Positions 37,424-46,377 of a stretch of 64,000 nucleotides of DNA are shown in pieces (position 1 is the first letter of the stretch; each line of letters begins with the position of its first letter). The stretch covers positions 2,048,001 to 2,112,000 of the forward strand of contig OZ220741.1 in the NCBI GenBank assembly GCA_965116885.1, written 5' to 3'. Made by a program: the position numbers and the translations under genes. The notes beneath the pieces were generated by a model. It was not told where the DNA came from. It did no database searches and was given only the letters and a program-made list of their open reading frames with translations. The DNA comes from Candidatus Latescibacterota bacterium. Lineage in GTDB: Bacteria; Latescibacterota; UBA2968.

Positions 37424-38837
37424 AACTAATCTGAGGTTCAGGATCTTCCTGTGGATCAAGATATTTCATGATTTCTCCTACTTTCCTGGCACATTGTATT
37501 GTAATCGGATATTTTCCATCAAATTGAGTATTGTTCCAATTCATTTTAGTCAACCCAAGAATCTCTTTACAGATAATATTTGGTGACTCGTCCGACTCAA
37601 TCAATCTAATTTCAATCGGCTGAGGAATATAAAGACCAGGATAAGTTTTGTAGTGTTTAACAGAACCTCGTGTGTAAAGTATATGATTGCTTCTATCGAA
37701 CTCAAGATGAGTTCCTCTACCTGGAGGGTATGCACCTTCGCGAAATAGTCTCATTTTGGTATCTAAAATTGTGACAAAATCAACTGCATTTATACGCATT
37801 TTGTCTGTAGCCTGTCTAAATCCGTCTAATTCAGCTTCATTAAAAATTGATGACTTATGGAGAACTAATCTCGCAGGGGAATTTTCAAGTGCAATCTCAT
37901 ATTCTTTGAGAGCTCTCAACAGCAATTCATAGGCTTGTTCTGAACTTAAATGAGGCATTCTATCTTCCTTACCAATATCGACAGATGTACCTCTCAAGAT
38001 TACATTGTGACCGAGTTCATCGAATATTTGTGCGAGACTTGTATTGAGCGTTTTTTTATCTCGGCTTCGGTAGAAACCGATTCCAGCAAAGCAAATAGAT
38101 GGTCTATTTATATCCGGTACCAATCTCCAAGGGACGGTCTGATTAGCCTTGTAATAAAGTGCTGTACAGAAATTCCAGGCTCTTGTAGCATCGTCTTGTT
38201 GCCCCTTGGGATTTTGTTCCAAAGAAAGTTCTCTTGCTAATTGAAGAGGTTTACCTAAATGCATGGTTTTTGCTTTTAATGCTCTTCTAAAATTGGACTC
38301 AATCTGATCTGCATTAGAATAATCCTCTATTTCTTCCTCAATGGGTTGTCTTTTTTGATTAGCTATTTCATCATAAAGCTCATTTGGAATAACACATACT
38401 ATGACATCAACATTTCGGTTCTGTGCAAGAAATCTTACTTGTTCAGAGTAAATTTCAACAGCCTTATCGATTCTTTCTTCCCAATCAGAGATATTTCTAA
38501 TTTCTCGCATTGTTGAATTACGCAGATTACGGATAATTTCATCCTCGATTCTGAGTTTTGCTTTAAATCCTGATTCTGTATTGAAACCACAAAACGGCAA
38601 AAATAACAATGGTTGCTTGTTATTTGGCTTTGCTGGAATGTACTTTGAACATCTCTCTAACCAATTATGCAATTTTTCTAAACAATCGCTTGTGCCCACA
38701 CCCCCAACAAGAATATGATCTCGCCGTGCCCTCAGTTTAGAGTCATATACATCATATTCAGCTATACCTGCCCGCGGGCAGATATGGGTGTTTCGTCCAA
38801 ATTCAAGATCGGGTTCGTGAATATTGTTTAGTCTCAT
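37407..38837 (-). CDS. Short prokaryotic Argonaute (MID-PIWI only, catalytically inactive)
   Basis: 476 aa; 'EPDLEFG', MID 'NFRRALKA...PLQL', 'QDDATRAWNFCTALYYKA...PWRL', PIWI 'CFAGIGFY', 'VLHKSS', 'RGT', 'LYTRG', 'LTKMNWN', 'PITI'; catalytic Asp positions replaced by G and K. Confidence 0.92.
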   Translation of the reverse strand: MRLNNIHEPDLEFGRNTHICPRAGIAEYDVYDSKLRARRDHILVGGVGTSDCLEKLHNWLERCSKYIPAKPNNKQPLLFLPFCGFNTESGFKAKLRIEDEIIRNLRNSTMREIRNISDWEERIDKAVEIYSEQVRFLAQNRNVDVIVCVIPNELYDEIANQKRQPIEEEIEDYSNADQIESNFRRALKAKTMHLGKPLQLARELSLEQNPKGQQDDATRAWNFCTALYYKANQTVPWRLVPDINRPSICFAGIGFYRSRDKKTLNTSLAQIFDELGHNVILRGTSVDIGKEDRMPHLSSEQAYELLLRALKEYEIALENSPARLVLHKSSIFNEAELDGFRQATDKMRINAVDFVTILDTKMRLFREGAYPPGRGTHLEFDRSNHILYTRGSVKHYKTYPGLYIPQPIEIRLIESDESPNIICKEILGLTKMNWNNTQFDGKYPITIQCARKVGEIMKYLDPQEDPEPQISYSYYM

Positions 38838-40303
38838 ATTTCTAATGATAAGGGTAAAGGATCTTGGGAATCTTTCATCCTCCCTCGGTCTTGTTTAGTT
38901 TCTCCCGTCAGCCATTCATTATCATCAATCGATAATTCCATATCAAAATTCAGGAGATCTCCAAAAGACAAAAAAGGATAAGTATAATTAGGCCTGAATA
39001 GGTTTGGAGGTCTATCATGTTTTATTATATGGACAATTGCTTTGAGATGGTTGAAAACATGTTCATTCCTTTCTCTTTTTTTTAAATAATCCACCCTATC
39101 TGCCATATAGTAAGATTTTCTATAAGTATCCCTACTTATAAACCATTCAGGTTTAATCAAAATAAACCACCGACCACCAAATCGTTTATATTGAATGAGG
39201 AATGATAGATGTTTGCAACTTAGAATCTCGTGGGGAGAATCTCTTTTCATTGTTCGTTTATAAACTTCTCGGCTATTTGTTTTTTTACCCTGCCATTGTT
39301 CCCGCCTAATTGGATGGCCATCAACTTCAAAAAATATAAAGAGCTTATCTTCATGTTGCCACTGAATCTGTTTGTGATACAATTTTTGTTGCATACATCT
39401 ACCTAAAAGAGAGACAAAAACTCTTTCGTGATCTATATCTTTATCATAAAATTCTTCGGTGGCTATTATTCTCGTTGTGCTGGGGTTAATAAGGCTTGTA
39501 AGAGGTAGTTTGTCATCATTGAGATCATGAAATGTGATGAGTTTATTCTTATGAGAAACCCAGTCTAAACTGAAATTTAACCCTTTTTGTCTCAAGGCCT
39601 CTCTTAATATGTCTCTCGTCGAACTGTTCTTTTTCAATTCGCTACTATTCTCTATAATAACATTTCTGGCGATAGCTAAATCAGAAATGTACAGTTTTTC
39701 AGGAAAGAAAATTTCCAATAGATTCAGATAAAGAGTTTCTGATTGTGGTTGGGAGAGAATAGCCTGATTAAAAATAGGTTTGCTTTCTTCGCCAAAATGC
39801 TGCTCAAGTATGTTTTCTACTCTGCGTAATTTTTCCAAAGGAAATTCTGAGATTTTTTTAAGTAAGTCTCGATAATCACGTATGTCATTTTTCTTATCAA
39901 AAGAGAATTTATCTTGTATTATTCTGCCAAATTCTCGTCCTTGATATGTTCTTTGTTTTTCTGTCAAAATATAGATGATTAGATGATCGTATTTTTCGTA
40001 CAGTTTACGATCAACAAATGTTTTTAAAGTATCCTTGATTTTTTTGCTACCAGATGTTGACGTAATTTGATACGCGATTCTCGTTTTATCGTCGGCCAAG
40101 TCTATCCCTGGAAAATTAGGACTTTCAGATACATTTAGATTTCTCAAATCTGAATGTCCATAGATTTCAGAAAACAACGGAATTAATACATTTTCAGATA
40201 CAATATTGATATCTGTCTTACTCATTGCTGTTGCGCCTTTGACCTGAGCCACGAATCTTGACATCAATTCATTGATTCTATCTTGAGATTTTTTTAAATT
40301 CAT
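38834..40303 (-). CDS. SMEK-domain + APAZ-domain protein (short pAgo partner/effector)
   Basis: N-terminal SMEK-like 'DINIVSEN...LF..IYG..L.NLN....NFPGIDLAD...IAYQITS....KIKDTL..F'; C-terminal APAZ-like 'ETLYLNLL....PEKLY', 'HLSF........WFILIKPEWFIS.D', 'KKRERNEHV.NHL'; ATGA overlap with pAgo. Confidence 0.85.
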   Translation of the reverse strand: MNLKKSQDRINELMSRFVAQVKGATAMSKTDINIVSENVLIPLFSEIYGHSDLRNLNVSESPNFPGIDLADDKTRIAYQITSTSGSKKIKDTLKTFVDRKLYEKYDHLIIYILTEKQRTYQGREFGRIIQDKFSFDKKNDIRDYRDLLKKISEFPLEKLRRVENILEQHFGEESKPIFNQAILSQPQSETLYLNLLEIFFPEKLYISDLAIARNVIIENSSELKKNSSTRDILREALRQKGLNFSLDWVSHKNKLITFHDLNDDKLPLTSLINPSTTRIIATEEFYDKDIDHERVFVSLLGRCMQQKLYHKQIQWQHEDKLFIFFEVDGHPIRREQWQGKKTNSREVYKRTMKRDSPHEILSCKHLSFLIQYKRFGGRWFILIKPEWFISRDTYRKSYYMADRVDYLKKRERNEHVFNHLKAIVHIIKHDRPPNLFRPNYTYPFLSFGDLLNFDMELSIDDNEWLTGETKQDRGRMKDSQDPLPLSLEI

Positions 40304-40366
40304 TTTTTATTACCTAATAGGTTTCTATTTTACGTTGAATCTCTAAGCATGGGTTTTAATCATCCA

Positions 40367-40395
40367 AATATATCAATTTCTATCTTTGATGTCAA
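40367..40395 (-). promoter_or_regulatory. Near-consensus sigma70 promoter of the SMEK-APAZ/pAgo operon
   Basis: Minus strand TTGACA-N17-TATATT with extended -10 TGn, 63 nt upstream of ATG 40303. Confidence 0.7.
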
Positions 40396-40471
40396 TATAT
40401 GACTTTAAAATTTCAATTTTCCAAAATATAAAATAAGCGACAATCTTCAAATATGACTGTTTTACAATAGG

Positions 40472-40501
40472 ATATGGAGATTAAAAATTTAATCTCCATA
40501 T
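40472..40501. promoter_or_regulatory. Perfect 14-bp inverted repeat (candidate operator)
   Basis: ATATGGAGATTAAA-aa-TTTAATCTCCATAT. Confidence 0.5.
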
Positions 40502-40636
40502 TAGATTTGGGCAAATTTTAACGTATTTGTCAATGCTGTTTAACCATGTTTAAGCCTACAGTCTCGCAGAATCGATAGTGCTTTGGCGACTTCCTTCCCT
40601 TTTTGTTTGATGATATTGAAGCAGATCTTCGGGAGG

Positions 40637-40708
40637 CGACTCCCCTTGATATCGTTTTTTTGATATGAAAAAGGTCGTGGAATTTATTCCTCACGACCTT
40701 TTGTTTTT
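40637..40708. repeat. Right island boundary (attR-like remnant) with duplicated terminator
   Basis: CGACTCCCCT equals tRNA 34825-34834; 40649-40679 matches 34851-34881 at 27/31; 40689-40708 is identical to 34892-34911. Confidence 0.8.
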
Positions 40709-40735
40709 TTAGGCGACCAACATGTTTGGTGTGCT

Positions 40736-41740
40736 TCAGACGACTGCTGCTTCATCTATGGAAAAAAGATTTTGTTCAGAGTCAAGCGTTGCCTGGATGC
40801 CATTTGGAAGAATCATTTGAGGACTCGTATGCCCGATATCTACTTGTGTGAGAATGGGAAAATTAAATGCCGATGTATAATAACCGATCAATCCTTGCAG
40901 TAACTCTTCCTGGTCTTGAGATAGGTTGTTTACTTTTCCTATGATCAGACCAGAAATTTCTCTAAAAAGACCGATCTGCTGGCATTGTGCAAGGGCTTCC
41001 TCGGCATACATAAGAACCGTGTTTCCCATATTGACCTCTTCCAGATAAAGAATTTTACCGTGAAATGAAGGCCAAAATGGAGTACCATTCAATATCGGCA
41101 GGGTATGGAGATTGCCACCTATAAGAGGTCCTTGCGCTCTGCCACCTTTGAGCCAATGCCAACCAGCATTATTTTTCATTTTGCGCGGGCTGTTTTCATT
41201 GGGTGCATCATCTGTCCAGGTCTCCGGTGCTTCCAATGGTCCCGGGGCGGTTAGCGTAAACAGGACATCTTTTATACTTTCGAGTGTATAACTCAAGGGT
41301 TTCGGAAATTCGCTAAGACCGTTGAGCAGGGTTGGCCCGTGGAAAGTGACCATATTGAGACGGGCGTAGATGCCGAGTAGCAGGGCTGTATTCGCGCTGT
41401 ATCCCATCAAGATTTTGGGGGAACGCGCAATCAAATCCCAGTCGAGCAAGGGAAGGAGGGCATTGGTACCAGATCCTCCTGAGAGACAAAAAATCGCTTT
41501 GATGTCCGGGTCAGCAAATAGGTCGTGGAGATCATTGACACGCAATTGGGGGGCTGGATTCAAATGTTCGCGTTGATGGCGTGCGTTATTCGCTAATTGA
41601 ACTCTCAAACCGAGATCCTCAATAGCTGCTTGGGCACTGGAAAGCCAATTGTTAGCAAAAGAAAAAAATGAGGCAGCGGGCGAGGCAATCCCTACAGTAT
41701 CACCTGGTTTTAATCTCGGTGGTTTGATTATATTATTCAT
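40736..41740 (-). CDS. Peptidase S66 (LD-carboxypeptidase / MccF-like)
   Basis: 'KPPRLKPGDTVGIASPA', 'GYS', 'TFHGP', 'GGNL', 'LEE', 'DIGHT.P...LP.G'. Confidence 0.9.
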   Translation of the reverse strand: MNNIIKPPRLKPGDTVGIASPAASFFSFANNWLSSAQAAIEDLGLRVQLANNARHQREHLNPAPQLRVNDLHDLFADPDIKAIFCLSGGSGTNALLPLLDWDLIARSPKILMGYSANTALLLGIYARLNMVTFHGPTLLNGLSEFPKPLSYTLESIKDVLFTLTAPGPLEAPETWTDDAPNENSPRKMKNNAGWHWLKGGRAQGPLIGGNLHTLPILNGTPFWPSFHGKILYLEEVNMGNTVLMYAEEALAQCQQIGLFREISGLIIGKVNNLSQDQEELLQGLIGYYTSAFNFPILTQVDIGHTSPQMILPNGIQATLDSEQNLFSIDEAAVV

Positions 41741-41756
41741 ACTCTGATATATCTGA

Positions 41757-41996
41757 TTAAAGCCTATCCTGTTCATCCGGCGGATCGACATCTGCTGCCT
41801 TTGCCATTGCAGATAGAAATTTCTCTTTGCCCCCGTGATTCCCACGCGCTTCAAGATATGTTTCGGTCGCAATAGCTGATGCTTTCTCGGCCACTGCCAG
41901 CATGATAAACTGTTCGAATGACATGCCTTCACGCTCGACAATATCACGGACTGTTGCGTGAAGCGAATCTGGTATGGTAATACTGATGGTTGTCAT
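41757..41996 (-). CDS. Ribbon-helix-helix (CopG/HicB-like) antitoxin-like protein, orphan
   Basis: 'TISITIPDSLH..V.....REG.S..QFI.LAVAEK'. Confidence 0.75.
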   Translation of the reverse strand: MTTISITIPDSLHATVRDIVEREGMSFEQFIMLAVAEKASAIATETYLEARGNHGGKEKFLSAMAKAADVDPPDEQDRL

Positions 41997-42099
41997 AGTT
42001 GTTGTTCCATTTCTTTTTTGAAGATAAGATATTGCGTATATATTTTATGGGTGTGCATAAATTAGAAATCACACAACAATAGCCAGGACAGAAAGCCAT

Positions 42100-42356
42100 C
42101 AGCCAAAACCATCACGCACAGCGCGTGAGACCGTTTCGCAGCGGATATTTTTATGGCATTCCAACTGTGCAGGCCACCGCATGATGTTCAGCCACTTGAG
42201 CAGTTTGCGCTGTGCAAGCCTCCCGGCGTTTGAGGGCGGCATTTTTGAACTGGCCTGAGGAACAGCCAGTTGTACCCCGCTCGCCTCCTTTTTTTTGCTG
42301 CTGAAAAAAAGGAGGTCGCCGCACGCCGCAGGCATGGCGTAGCCACACGCATGAAA
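42100..42356. repeat. Possible structured non-coding element (multiple hairpins)
   Basis: AACTGGC..GCCAGTT, CCTCCTTTTTTT..AAAAAAAGGAGG and ACGCC..GGCGT hairpins in a GC-rich patch within AT-rich intergenic DNA. Confidence 0.35.
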
Positions 42357-42480
42357 AGAAAAATAGTAAAAAAACTCTATACGTCGTTGCACCACAACAA
42401 ATGAATTATCCACACCCTTCATATATTTAGCGCCTGAAAATAATACGCTATGTATATGTTTTTTGCAATAGGGTCGCGGT

Positions 42481-43119
42481 ATGAATAAGAAAAACGATGT
42501 CAGACCCATCGTGATTGGTGTTTCAGGAGGATCTGCCGCGGGCAAGACGACTTTTACGGATATGTTGGCCGATAGGCTCGCAGATTTTGGACCCGTCGTG
42601 CTCAATCAGGACAACTATTTCCGCGATTGGTCAGCGCTGCCAGAAGACGAGCGCGAGATCGAGCGGACGGCAAACCATCCGCGGGCTGTATTGTGGGAGC
42701 ATTTAATCGCGCATGTGAAATGTCTGCGCGAGGGACAGGCGATTGAAATGCCACCGCCCGGTACGCGCGCTTTTCGGCGGGGGGATGATCCCCAAAAGGT
42801 CGTGCCTGAGAGACTAATTATTGTGGAGGGGCACTTGATTTTTTCGCAAGAGACTCTGAGGTCTCTATTGGATATCAAGCTGTTTTTGGATGTGGATACA
42901 CACGAGCGGGTGCTCAGGCGCATGTTGCGGAATACGTCGAGTGGGATGTCGCTGGAAGATGCGGTGGCATGGTATCGTCGGGACGTTGTGCCCAATTATC
43001 GCGTCTATACAGAGCCGACGAGAGAGTACGCGGATTTGATCGTGCCGTTTGAAGGGGATGTGCAAGTAGCAGTAGATGTTGTGGCAAATGGCATACGGAG
43101 GATGATTCAACATAGATAG
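42481..43119 (+). CDS. udk: Uridine kinase family protein
   Basis: 'IGVSGGSAAGKTT', 'QDNYF', 'NHP.A', 'IVEG', 'EPTREYADLIVP'. Confidence 0.8.
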   Translation: MNKKNDVRPIVIGVSGGSAAGKTTFTDMLADRLADFGPVVLNQDNYFRDWSALPEDEREIERTANHPRAVLWEHLIAHVKCLREGQAIEMPPPGTRAFRRGDDPQKVVPERLIIVEGHLIFSQETLRSLLDIKLFLDVDTHERVLRRMLRNTSSGMSLEDAVAWYRRDVVPNYRVYTEPTREYADLIVPFEGDVQVAVDVVANGIRRMIQHR

Positions 43120-43201
43120 CAAGTATAGCTTGCCTCGCGTGTTTTCTGGTCGTAAATTTGTCTGTGATATGTTTGCGAGTCCATGAAAGGAGATGATTAC
43201 T

Positions 43202-44029
43202 ATGACCGTTCAATCCGATTGGGCTGTTCTCACAGATGAACAGCGGCAGTTTTTTGAGGACAATGGGTATCTCTTGATCGAAGACGCGCTGCCGCCCGAT
43301 GTGGTTGCCGAACTCAATGCGGCGGCTGATGAAATTTACGACCGGGAAAAGGCGGCTGGTGGTCTGGAGAAAACGGGCAAGCTCAATTTGCGGAATTGCA
43401 TCGTGCATCACGATGCTTTTCTTCAGTTGCTCGACTGGCCGGCCACGGCGCCTCTGGCGTGGCAGATTCTCAACTGGAATATCCAGATGATTACCTCGCA
43501 CCTCATTGTTTTGCCGTCTGGTCCAGAGCCTCCGGAAGAAGTGAAGCGCAAGGGCGGGTATCATCGCGATGGCGGTTCGTCTTCCCGGGAAATGACCGAA
43601 CCTCATCCGCGCATTTTGCTCAAAATTGCGTACGCCATCAGCGACCAGACAGATCCCGCATCGGGGGCGACGCAACTCGTGCCCGGGAGCAATCGGCTAT
43701 TTGGCAGGCCCGCGATTGATCCGGCAACGGGCCATCCGAGAGGGGCGATCAATATGAATGTCAAGGCGGGTTCGGCATTCATTTTTGAACAGCGCACGTA
43801 TCACGGCATTGGCAAAAACTGGTCGGGTTTTCCGCGCAAGACCATTTTTATGGGCTATGCGTATCGCTGGGTCAAGCCTATGGATTATATCAATATGCCC
43901 GATGAACTCGTTGCCCGCGCAAATCCCATTCAAAAACAACTCTTAGGTGCGGTCTCCGATCCGCTCAGTTTTTATATTCCGCAAGCACAAGATGTGCCGC
44001 TCAAAGAGCTTGTGGAAAATGGTGTTTGA
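43202..44029 (+). CDS. PhyH-family dioxygenase
   Basis: AAGGAG RBS; 'FFEDNGYL', 'YHRDG', 'VPGSN', 'YHG', 'RK.IF.GY'. Confidence 0.85.
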   Translation: MTVQSDWAVLTDEQRQFFEDNGYLLIEDALPPDVVAELNAAADEIYDREKAAGGLEKTGKLNLRNCIVHHDAFLQLLDWPATAPLAWQILNWNIQMITSHLIVLPSGPEPPEEVKRKGGYHRDGGSSSREMTEPHPRILLKIAYAISDQTDPASGATQLVPGSNRLFGRPAIDPATGHPRGAINMNVKAGSAFIFEQRTYHGIGKNWSGFPRKTIFMGYAYRWVKPMDYINMPDELVARANPIQKQLLGAVSDPLSFYIPQAQDVPLKELVENGV

Positions 44030-44030
44030 C

Positions 44031-44054
44031 GGGCGAAAAATTTTTCGCCCCTAC
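44031..44054 (-). repeat. GTAG-type REP hairpin overlapping the ilvD stop
   Basis: Minus strand GTAG-GGGCGAAAAA-TTTTTCGCCC. Confidence 0.65.
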
Positions 44055-45757
44055 TCATCTGTAACACACCCCTCCGAAGCTGTTTTTACGTTTTTGATGT
44101 ATTTGTAAAGGGTGCCGCGGTTGGCTTTGTACAGCGGTTGGGCCCAGGCTGCGCGGCGTTTTTCGAGTTCTTCGGCAGAGACGTCCATGTTGATCTCGCC
44201 TTTTTGGCTGTCGATGGTGACCTGGTCGCCGGTTTGGACGAGGGCGATGGGTCCGCCTTCGATGGCTTCGGGAACGACGTGTCCGATGAGAAAGCCGTGC
44301 GATCCGCCCGAAAAGCGCCCATCGGTAATCAGCGCGACATCCTGTACCAATCCCGCGCCGGCCAATGCAGATGTGGGGGTGAGCATTTCCGGCATGCCGG
44401 GTCCGCCTTTGGGGCCTTCGTAGCGGATGATGATGACATTGCCTTTTTCGATTTTGCCCTGTTCGAGGGCGGCGAGCATGTCTTCCTCGCAGTCGAATAC
44501 GTTGGCCGCGCCTTTGAATACCTCGCCTTCTTTGCCCGTGATTTTTCCGACTGAACCTTCCGGTGCCAAATTCCCACGCAAAATTTGTAAGTGTCCCGTT
44601 GGCTTGATGGGGTCATTAAAGGGGCTTACGATGTCTTGCTGGCCTTCACCCGTGCCATAAGGAGGAAGGGCTTTTATGTCGGCGAGATTTTCGGCAATTG
44701 TTTTGCCCGTTACTGTCATCTGGTCGCCGTCGATGAGGTCGGCGTCGAGGAGCAATTTCATCATTGCGGGTGTCCCGCCGATGTCGTGAAGCTCTTCCAT
44801 GACGTAACGCCCAGAGGGTTTGAGGTCACACAGGAGGGGCGTTTCGTTGGATATGTGTTGAAATTCGTCGATGTCGAGGTCTATGTCATAAGCTCTGGCA
44901 ATGGCGAGCAGGTGGAGCACGATATTGGTGGAGCCGCCCGTGACAACGGCGAGGCGGATGGCGTTGAGGAAGGATTGTTTGGTGACGATGTCGCGCGGTT
45001 TGAGGTCGGCTTCGAGCAGGGCGCGAACGGCGTGACCGGCGTGGACACATTCGGCGTGTTTGTCGGGGTCTTCGGCAGGTGTGCAGGAGGAATAGGGCAG
45101 AGAGAGGCCCATGCATTCGATGGCGCTGGCCATGGTATTGGCGGTGTACATGCCACCGCAAGCACCGGCACCCGGGCAGGCGTGTTCGACGATTTCCTGG
45201 CGTTCGGCATCGCTTAGCGAGTCTGTGAGAAATTCGCCGTAGCTTTGAAAGGCAGAGACGATGTCGAGTTTGCGTTCTTCACCTTGAATGGTGGCGCAGC
45301 CGGGTTTGATGGTGCCGCCGTAGATCATCAGGGCAGGGCGGTTGAGGCGGCCCATTGCCATGACCACGCCGGGCATGTTTTTGTCGCAGCCGGGCAGCGC
45401 GATCAGGCCATCGTACCATTGCGCGCCCATGAGGGTTTCGATGGAGTCGGCTATGAGGTCGCGGGATTGAAGGGAGAAGGACATGCCGTCTGTGCCCATG
45501 GATATGCCGTCGGATACGCCGATGGTGTTGAAGCGCATGCCAACGCACCCGGCTTCGGTGACGCCTTTTTTTGTTTCTGCGGCGAGGTCGTTGAGGTGCA
45601 TGTTGCATGGGTTGCCTTCATACCAGACCGAGGCAATGCCGACCTGCGCTTTTTCCATGTCGGCGCGTGTCAGTCCGGTGGCATAGAGCATGGCCTGAGA
45701 TCCACCCTGGGATTTTTTTTGGGTGATTTGTGAGCTATACTTATTCAGTTTTGCCAT
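44051..45757 (-). CDS. ilvD: Dihydroxy-acid dehydratase
   Basis: 'NPCNMH', 'VSDGISMG', 'GCDKN', '[12 protein letters not shown]', '[12 protein letters not shown]', 'TDGRFSG'. Confidence 0.97.
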   Translation of the reverse strand: MAKLNKYSSQITQKKSQGGSQAMLYATGLTRADMEKAQVGIASVWYEGNPCNMHLNDLAAETKKGVTEAGCVGMRFNTIGVSDGISMGTDGMSFSLQSRDLIADSIETLMGAQWYDGLIALPGCDKNMPGVVMAMGRLNRPALMIYGGTIKPGCATIQGEERKLDIVSAFQSYGEFLTDSLSDAERQEIVEHACPGAGACGGMYTANTMASAIECMGLSLPYSSCTPAEDPDKHAECVHAGHAVRALLEADLKPRDIVTKQSFLNAIRLAVVTGGSTNIVLHLLAIARAYDIDLDIDEFQHISNETPLLCDLKPSGRYVMEELHDIGGTPAMMKLLLDADLIDGDQMTVTGKTIAENLADIKALPPYGTGEGQQDIVSPFNDPIKPTGHLQILRGNLAPEGSVGKITGKEGEVFKGAANVFDCEEDMLAALEQGKIEKGNVIIIRYEGPKGGPGMPEMLTPTSALAGAGLVQDVALITDGRFSGGSHGFLIGHVVPEAIEGGPIALVQTGDQVTIDSQKGEINMDVSAEELEKRRAAWAQPLYKANRGTLYKYIKNVKTASEGCVTDE

Positions 45758-45857
45758 TGAAGATTTCCTTTCGCAGATGAAACTTTGGGTTTGTATTATT
45801 TTTTCGAGGTTGTAATTTAACCGAATTGTGGGAAGCGTGTCAACAAGGGTGTGGGAT

Positions 45858-46367
45858 ATGGAATATGTGTTACCGGATTATTTGCGCGTGGGGCTGAATC
45901 TGGTGTTTGTGGGGTTTAATCCGAGCTTGAGGTCTGCGGAAGTTGGTTATTATTACGCGGGGCGAGGCAATCAGTTTTGGCCGTTTTTGTACGAGGCCGG
46001 GCTGACAGATCGCTTGTTGGAGCCGAGGGAAGATGCGACTATTTTGAATTATAATATCGGGCTGACAGATATTGTGAAGGGGCGCGCGACGCGGGGGATT
46101 GGAGATTTGACGGATGGCGATTATGTGTCGGGTTTTGAATTGTTGCGAGAAAAAATGCGGAGGTATCGACCCCGGGTGATTTGTTTTAATGGGAAGAGCG
46201 GATATGCCAAAGTGATGGGTGAGAAGCGAGAGTACGGTTTGCAAGATGAGATGCTGGAAGGCGCGAAGCTGTTTCTCGCACCGTCAACGAGCGGTGCGCT
46301 GCCTATGCCGAGGGTTGAGAAATTGCGGTATTATCGAGCGTTGAAGTTTTTTGTTGATAACCTGTGA
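45858..46367 (+). CDS. mug: Mismatch-specific uracil-DNA glycosylase (family 2 UDG)
   Basis: 'FVGFNPS', 'GNQFW', 'IGLTD', 'PSTSG'. Confidence 0.9.
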   Translation: MEYVLPDYLRVGLNLVFVGFNPSLRSAEVGYYYAGRGNQFWPFLYEAGLTDRLLEPREDATILNYNIGLTDIVKGRATRGIGDLTDGDYVSGFELLREKMRRYRPRVICFNGKSGYAKVMGEKREYGLQDEMLEGAKLFLAPSTSGALPMPRVEKLRYYRALKFFVDNL

Positions 46368-46377
46368 AGGAGTGAAG

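Larger units (their letters stand above)
34825..40708. mobile_element. Decayed tRNA-Glu-associated genomic (defence) island, no integrase
   Basis: Largely AT-rich, all genes on the minus strand, bounded by an imperfect direct repeat of the tRNA T-arm fragment plus terminator (34825-34911 vs 40637-40708). Confidence 0.75.

Noticed and set aside
37407..38837. Catalytically active long pAgo, or SPARTA/SPARSA
   Set aside because: Too short for N/PAZ domains, catalytic tetrad is substituted, and the partner shows no TIR or SIR2 motifs
34912..42480. Integrase, transposase or prophage genes near tRNA-Glu
   Set aside because: No tyrosine or serine recombinase, DDE or phage structural motifs seen in the ORF translations
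42099..42605. 168-aa minus-strand ORF
   Set aside because: Overlaps the udk start antisense and runs through a hairpin-rich non-coding patch; no protein-like features
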